The notes under the pieces were generated by a model, which ran no database searches, was not told the DNA's origin, and saw nothing but the letters and a program-made list of their open reading frames with translations. A program made the translations under genes and the position numbers. DNA of 64,000 bases from Patescibacteria group bacterium (GTDB taxonomy: Bacteria > Patescibacteriota > Minisyncoccia > Phycocordibacterales > Phycocordibacteraceae). Each line of letters opens with the position of its first letter. Position 1 is the stretch's first letter. Location of the stretch: NCBI GenBank assembly GCA_013815345.1, contig JACDGK010000002.1, positions 35,399 to 99,398 of the forward strand. The letters are read 5' to 3'. This document shows, one piece after another, positions 58,760-64,000 of this stretch.

Positions 58760-58978
58760 TTAGCTCAGTCGTCGCACGATGCGTGCGCGGCCCCCATAGG
58801 GGTCCGTGACGAGCTCTACTTGGTCGCCTACCAGTACGCGAATGCGATGGAGTCGCATCTTCCCCGCGAGGTAGGCAAGTAATAGCTCACCGGTCGGCAT
58901 TCGAACTCTGAACAACGAATTGGGAAGCACCTCTTCTACGGTGCCAGTCGGTGTTTCTTCAGGTTTTTCGTCCGCCAT
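58760..58978 (-). CDS. infA: translation initiation factor IF-1
   Basis: GTVEEVLPNSLFRVRMPTGELLLAYLAGKMR S1-like domain; start at MADEK. Confidence 0.85.
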   Translation of the reverse strand: MADEKPEETPTGTVEEVLPNSLFRVRMPTGELLLAYLAGKMRLHRIRVLVGDQVELVTDPYGGRARIVRRLS

Positions 58979-59034
58979 GTGATGCCTAGATATCCTACCA
59001 AGTAAGCCGTATACCGTCAACGTTTCTCGAAATC

Positions 59035-60333
59035 CTAACTGCCTGCGGGAGGAGTCGTCACGGTGACTTTGATATGAGAAGGATCAACCGGGAATTTACT
59101 AGTCCAAAACGGCCGTAGAGTAAGCAATGCGCTATTTACTTCCGGAAAGCCAGCCAGGATAGCTTGGGCAGAATCTCTCGTCTTTCCTGCAACTGCTCCT
59201 GCTATTTTCGACGTGTCTACTTTCCAAATAATAGTAGCTGTACCGTTAAGGTTGAAGGAGTAGGTTTGCGCATTTGTCGGATCAGTTGAGCTCGCTGGTG
59301 CCAAGATAAGTTTTGCAACAGAACCAAGTGAGACAGGCTCCCCGCTATAGGTACCCGCTATTTTATACGCTATAGCTTTGGCTAATGCATCCCCGGGGAA
59401 AACCACTGCAGTCAGCGTTCCCTGTTCGCCTACTGCAACCGTACTGGTTGTCGAAGCGGTGTCCGGCAATGCTTGAAAGGATGTCAGCGTGCTTCCGGGA
59501 AGTAACACATATCCTGCAGGAACTCGCGCATTCAGATCAGTTTGGAGACTTTTAGCTAATGCGGTTTGCAGAATTGCATGTTGAGTGTCATCGGTGCTTT
59601 GACTCACGGCCGCCCGTGTTCCAGAGAATCCTCCCACCATTGCAGTATTTGAGGTTGCAGTGACTTCATCGAATTGCGCAGATCCTTTGAGGCCAGGGAC
59701 AGTAAATGTCGTGGGAGCGACATTGTACGACTCACCAGCCTGATCAGCATATACGGCAATGGTAAGTTTACCTGGGCCCGTAGCAGTGGCCGCTGGCACG
59801 GTGATAGGTGCATGGATATGGAAAATCAAGCCAGTTGGAGTTGCAAATCGTGTACTGTTGATCAATGTCTGGGGTTTTGTTTGAGCATTTGAAACAGTAA
59901 TAGTTCCTTGTGCTGAATCCTTTGCCGTTAACGTACTTTCGGCTGGCACTGAGGCACTAACAGTCTTGGTGATGCTTTCAACAGTGAACGGTAAGTCGCC
60001 GCTTCCTGCCGTTGCCGTGAAAGGACCATTTATATCAGCTGTATGTGATTCGGGGGTGATAGCAACCTTTGCATCGCCAAAGAGATACAGTGCTCCTGCT
60101 GAAAGCGCGATGACAATAAGAGCAATAAGAGCTGTGCCATAAGGGAAACTTCGACCCGTTCTAATACGCACTCGAGGTGGCGGTTCAGGAGTGGGCGGAG
60201 TGTTCATGAAAGGAGGATTTGGATTTGATGGTGGAATGACGGGAGGAAGTGTGTTGTCCTGTGTATTCATTGCTTCTGCATCCATCATGCGGCGGCGAGA
60301 AGGCGGAATTATATCGTTAATAGTTCTAGGCAT
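59035..60333 (-). CDS. hypothetical single-pass membrane protein with Pro-rich cytoplasmic N-terminus and large T/A/S-rich ectodomain
   Basis: 432 aa; TM segment YGTALIALIVIALSAGALYLF; occupies the slot upstream of infA where secY-adk-map normally lie. Confidence 0.5.
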   Translation of the reverse strand: MPRTINDIIPPSRRRMMDAEAMNTQDNTLPPVIPPSNPNPPFMNTPPTPEPPPRVRIRTGRSFPYGTALIALIVIALSAGALYLFGDAKVAITPESHTADINGPFTATAGSGDLPFTVESITKTVSASVPAESTLTAKDSAQGTITVSNAQTKPQTLINSTRFATPTGLIFHIHAPITVPAATATGPGKLTIAVYADQAGESYNVAPTTFTVPGLKGSAQFDEVTATSNTAMVGGFSGTRAAVSQSTDDTQHAILQTALAKSLQTDLNARVPAGYVLLPGSTLTSFQALPDTASTTSTVAVGEQGTLTAVVFPGDALAKAIAYKIAGTYSGEPVSLGSVAKLILAPASSTDPTNAQTYSFNLNGTATIIWKVDTSKIAGAVAGKTRDSAQAILAGFPEVNSALLTLRPFWTSKFPVDPSHIKVTVTTPPAGS

Positions 60334-60434
60334 ATCGAGTGGTAAGCGAAATCATATGTGCTCAAGTATACCCAGTGGTATGTATTTGGAAAGGAGTAGG
60401 TGGGTATACCTGGCGGAATTGATTTTGAGGAAAA

Positions 60435-61568
60435 CTAATTTCTATTAGAGAAAAGAGCAAGCAAAAATAACGAGAGATCGCTTTCTGCTTCACCGCGTGT
60501 TTTCACATACGCAGCAAAATGAGATGGTATCGAGGGCACGATAGTTAACGGCTCATCGGTAAGCCAAAGAGTACGAAGTGCAGGTTCATCAATAAGATTT
60601 TTCAAGTAGTTCCGCGACTCATCATCAGCCAGAAGAAACAGCGTGCGAGGAAGCGCGTGATGGCTAGCGAACTCCTGGAGAGTGGCAGAGAGCGCCGAAA
60701 GCCATTCTTTTTGCGCCTCTTCAACCTGAGCATCAAAACGAGCGTTCGATGGTTCGGCATCTACAATCAAATTTACGGATGGCGAAGAATTCTCCGGTAC
60801 TTGTGCAGCTTTACGCGCTCTACGCGTCAGTTCATTAATACCTTGGGGCATTGAGGTAACACTTACGAGGAGACCCTGTTTTATAAAAGCGATATCGGTG
60901 GTTTCTCCAGAAACATTCAATACGAGGAAGTTTTTTTCGTGCGGATAAACATCACGGAACACTGCATAGGCGACTGGAGCGAATGCCGTCAGCGTAAGAG
61001 CATGAGTGTGATACGTTTTTCGAATCGTTTTCTCGACTGATTCTGCTACGGTCTTTTCAAGCAAAGAAGAAAGGATGATAAGTTCTGCTCGCTTTACCTT
61101 TTTCCCAAAAGGGTTTGCCATTTCATAGCCGTTTAAAAGCGTAGCGATCACCGCTTCGCCCGACTGGGTAAAGCCGTCGAGTGTTGGCTGATTCTTTCGA
61201 GTCGTTTCGGTAAGAAGCGCGCGAGTAAAGACAAAAGGCTGCAGCGCGGTGATACTTTCGGTACGGACTGATGTCGCCTGCCAGGGCGCGCCGACACTCG
61301 TGAGGATACGAGTAATATGTCCATTCCCTGTTTCCTTTCGCAAGATCGGAGAGCCTATTTTGACTAACTGCTCGGTGAGTTCGACGAGCGTACGCTTCAT
61401 TGCTTCTGCAATTTCTTCGCTATCCCGCAATGCAACAGGTAAGCGCAGGGTGTAATAGAGCGTAGGTGGTGCTCCGCTTTCCAAATGTGCAAGTCCTCCC
61501 GCTATCGAGGAAGAGCTGATATCGATAAGCGCAACGGAGGATCGTTCTTTTTTTGAAAAGAAACTCAT
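60435..61568 (-). CDS. hypothetical protein, possibly actin-like (ASKHA) ATPase fold (FtsA/PilM-like N-terminus)
   Basis: After start at Met 61568: SSVALIDISSSSIAGGL resembles phosphate-1 loop of actin-fold ATPases; weak. Confidence 0.35.
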   Translation of the reverse strand: MSFFSKKERSSVALIDISSSSIAGGLAHLESGAPPTLYYTLRLPVALRDSEEIAEAMKRTLVELTEQLVKIGSPILRKETGNGHITRILTSVGAPWQATSVRTESITALQPFVFTRALLTETTRKNQPTLDGFTQSGEAVIATLLNGYEMANPFGKKVKRAELIILSSLLEKTVAESVEKTIRKTYHTHALTLTAFAPVAYAVFRDVYPHEKNFLVLNVSGETTDIAFIKQGLLVSVTSMPQGINELTRRARKAAQVPENSSPSVNLIVDAEPSNARFDAQVEEAQKEWLSALSATLQEFASHHALPRTLFLLADDESRNYLKNLIDEPALRTLWLTDEPLTIVPSIPSHFAAYVKTRGEAESDLSLFLLALFSNRN

Positions 61569-61599
61569 GCGTTTAGTATAGCAAGAACAAAAGTGATCC

Positions 61600-63513
61600 T
61601 TACTCGAGAACTGCTTTGATACGACGAATGCCAGCAGCGACGGACTCTTCCTTACTAATTTTAAAGCGTTTTGCATCAGTCGCGAGTTCGCTGGTATTAC
61701 TCACGTGTGGTCCACCGCAGAATTCCAAAGAAAATGATTCACTAAATTTTGGATCTTCTTGCGTTGCATTTTTTGGGCCCATGGAGTACACCGTTACCTG
61801 ATCACCGTACTTTACACCAAACTCATGTTCAGCGCCGAGTTTTTCTGCTTCGATTTTTGACATGCTCGTTGCGAAAACAGGAAGAGCCTCTACAATCTTT
61901 TCATTTACGAGTTGTTCTACCTGTGCGAGCTCCTCAGAGGTAAGTTTTCGGTCGAATGAAAAGTCCAACCGAACACGGTCTTGAGTAATGTTACTTCCCC
62001 GTTGATGCACTATGTCACCCAGTATCTGTCGCAATGCAGCGAGTAGTAGATGATGCGACGTATGATAACGAACGGTAATTTCGGAATGATCAGCAAGGCC
62101 GCCCTTAAAGCGTCCTTCGGACGCAGTACGGGACTTTGTTTGGTGTTCTTCCATTTCTTTTGCAAAAGCCTGATGATCAACTGATAGGTTTCGCTCTTTT
62201 GCCAATTCCTCGGTTATTTCAATCGGAAAACCGTAGCTTGTAAAAAGAATAAATGCATCGTGTCCTGAAATCGGGCCCCGCTTCGAAAGCTTTTCAAATT
62301 CACGTATACCTTGAGAAAGCGTCTTACGAAATTTCTGTTCTTCAGTAGTAAGTATCGAATCTATTTGAACTCTTTTCTGCTCGAGATCATGGTAGGTATC
62401 TTTATAGGCATCGATAACCTTATTTCCCAGATTAGCCAGTGTATTAGAATCGACACCAAGTTTGTCGAGGTGCCGTATCGCGCGACGAATAAGCCGTCGA
62501 AGAATGTAGCCTGCGTCTGTATTTGACGGTAAGACATCGTCAGCAATGATAAATGTTGCCGCACGAATGTGGTCTGCAACAATACGAAAAGATTGCTGAT
62601 CTTCATTGTCGCTATATTTTTTCTCCGTAAGCAATTCGATCTCCAGGATGGTTGTCTGCAGCGTATCGGCAAGAAACACATCATCAGATCCGAGTGTGGT
62701 CACCGTAAGGCGCTCGAGACCGCCACCGAAATCCACATTTCGTTGAGCGAGCTGTTCAAAGGAGCCATTCTCTTTCTTCCGATACTCCATGAAAACCGAG
62801 TTACAAATTTCAACAAATCGTCCGCAATCACAATTCGGATGACACTCAAGTCCAAAATCAGGATTGTGTGGTGTTCCAAAGTCATAAAAGACTTCTGAAT
62901 CCGGGCCTCCCGGCTCTCCGGCAGGCATGGCAGAAGGCACGCCAGAACGACTCCACCAATTTTTGCCAGCATCATAAGCGAAAATGCGACCTCCTTGCAT
63001 GCCGACTTGGTAACCGCGCTCTTCCGAACCGATCAGTACATCATGGGCTTCAATACCCTTCTCGCCAAAAAGATTTTTCCAAATAGCAATTGCTTCAGTA
63101 TCTTTGGAAATAGCGAGTTCTTCGTCGCCTGCAAAAACCGTCACATACAATTTACGGGGATCGAGTCCAAGACCTTCTTCTTTGCTCGTGAGGAATTCAA
63201 ACAACCACGGCAATTGTTCTTTTTTAAAATAATCACCGAGCGACCAATTTCCAAGCATTTCAAAAAAAGTAAGATGACGATTGTCCCCGATGTCATCAAT
63301 GTCACCCGTTCGTACGGATTTCTGTGAATTTACCAATCGGTTGCCTTCCAAATGTACTTGACCGAGCAGGTAGGGCACGAGTGGCTGCATACCTGAAGAG
63401 GTAAAAAGCGTCGTCGAGTCATTTTCCGGTACAACCGGTGCCGATGGCAGCAAAACATGTCCGCGCTTTTTGAAGAACTCTAAATAGGTACGGCGTACTT
63501 CTGCAACAGTCAT
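61600..63513 (-). CDS. alaS: alanyl-tRNA synthetase (catalytic, tRNA-recognition and editing domains; no C-Ala domain)
   Basis: N-terminal VRRTYLEFFKKRGH..., class II motifs, editing-domain HxxxH (TSHHLLLAALRQ); about 637 aa versus about 870 typical. Confidence 0.85.
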   Translation of the reverse strand: MTVAEVRRTYLEFFKKRGHVLLPSAPVVPENDSTTLFTSSGMQPLVPYLLGQVHLEGNRLVNSQKSVRTGDIDDIGDNRHLTFFEMLGNWSLGDYFKKEQLPWLFEFLTSKEEGLGLDPRKLYVTVFAGDEELAISKDTEAIAIWKNLFGEKGIEAHDVLIGSEERGYQVGMQGGRIFAYDAGKNWWSRSGVPSAMPAGEPGGPDSEVFYDFGTPHNPDFGLECHPNCDCGRFVEICNSVFMEYRKKENGSFEQLAQRNVDFGGGLERLTVTTLGSDDVFLADTLQTTILEIELLTEKKYSDNEDQQSFRIVADHIRAATFIIADDVLPSNTDAGYILRRLIRRAIRHLDKLGVDSNTLANLGNKVIDAYKDTYHDLEQKRVQIDSILTTEEQKFRKTLSQGIREFEKLSKRGPISGHDAFILFTSYGFPIEITEELAKERNLSVDHQAFAKEMEEHQTKSRTASEGRFKGGLADHSEITVRYHTSHHLLLAALRQILGDIVHQRGSNITQDRVRLDFSFDRKLTSEELAQVEQLVNEKIVEALPVFATSMSKIEAEKLGAEHEFGVKYGDQVTVYSMGPKNATQEDPKFSESFSLEFCGGPHVSNTSELATDAKRFKISKEESVAAGIRRIKAVLE

Positions 63514-63541
63514 AGGCAAAAGAATATCACAATCGCCCACA

Positions 63542-64000
63542 TCACTTTGTGAACGTACCGGCTACAGCAAGAGACAACCTATCAAGATTAATCATGGGGG
63601 CTGCAGCACGAATGTCTTTTACGACAAGCGCGCGAATAAGACGTGGGTACTCGTCAAGATACGAGAGAGGTTTTCCTTCCCTGCCGATTTTGTGCAACAG
63701 AGAGGCTAATCCTCCAGTAGTTGAAAGTCCAATGACATACGAGCCCGTTCTCTCCTCCTTTTTTTGAGTCAAGGCATTTTCTGTTAGGCCAGCAGAAAGA
63801 AAGTTTTTTACTTCTTTGCGGATCGTTTGAACACCCCTTTCGTACAGATCAGGCGAAAATGTTGCCCAGATACGGAATGAGCCTTCAAGATCTTTTCCGA
63901 AATCGCTCAAATAACTTTGTATCCCGTAGGTCAAACCGTCTCGTTCACGAACGGTCTGCATAAGATGTGCTGCGAAGCTTCCTCCGAGCATGTGAGTTAG
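63542..64000 (-). CDS. M16-family (insulinase-like) peptidase, C-terminal part; gene continues past window end
   Basis: C-terminal inactive-domain pattern of M16 peptidases; N-terminus lies beyond 64000. Confidence 0.6.
   Translation of the reverse strand, partial: LTHMLGGSFAAHLMQTVRERDGLTYGIQSYLSDFGKDLEGSFRIWATFSPDLYERGVQTIRKEVKNFLSAGLTENALTQKKEERTGSYVIGLSTTGGLASLLHKIGREGKPLSYLDEYPRLIRALVVKDIRAAAPMINLDRLSLAVAGTFTK

Overview
This 64-kb window is a gene-dense bacterial chromosome segment of about 50% GC, coded mostly on the minus strand. It has the look of a small-genome, possibly Candidate Phyla Radiation/Patescibacteria-like organism (inference from a C-Ala-less AlaS, a short archaeal-type AspRS and no hrcA/CIRCE at the heat-shock operon; no search was run to confirm it).

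Recognisable core genes:
- Ribosomal operon tail: rpsI, rplM, rplQ, rpoA, rpsD, rpsK, rpsM, rpmJ, infA.
- Dispersed ribosomal genes: rplU, rplI, rpmA.
- Aminoacyl-tRNA synthetases: cysS, gltX, aspS, trpS, tyrS, alaS.
- One tRNA-Tyr(GUA), directly beside tyrS.
- Replication and recombination: dnaB, recR, rmuC, scpA, scpB.
- Cell wall: murG, ftsW, mraY, a DD-carboxypeptidase, two M23 peptidases and a Ctp S41 protease.
- Heat shock: grpE-dnaK-dnaJ.
- Others: zwf, pepA, trhO, corA-like, a LOG-family protein and a YegS-like lipid kinase.

Accessory or unusual content:
- An IS30-family insertion sequence (3385-4472) with a small island of hypothetical genes next to it.
- An ApbE/FMN-binding/membrane FNR-like module (22678-25798), read as an extracytoplasmic flavinylation and electron-transfer system.
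- A tightly packed minus-strand operon (40374-47180): multi-pass sensor kinase, ThiF/E1-like adenylyltransferase, tandem nitroreductase (SagB-like), PaaK/F390-synthetase-like adenylase, HisC-like aminotransferase and a membrane protein. This is the best candidate here for an undescribed modification or biosynthetic system.
- A signal-peptide Y/N/Q-rich low-complexity protein sitting between dnaK and dnaJ.
- Two long perfect-stem hairpins (47206-47313 and 52631-52692).
- A promoter/terminator-bounded sRNA candidate (38685-38849).
- Two long structured noncoding regions between convergent genes (2075-2790 and 18710-19200).

No rRNA or CRISPR array was found. All calls rest on reading motifs in the supplied translations and sequence; no database search was possible.
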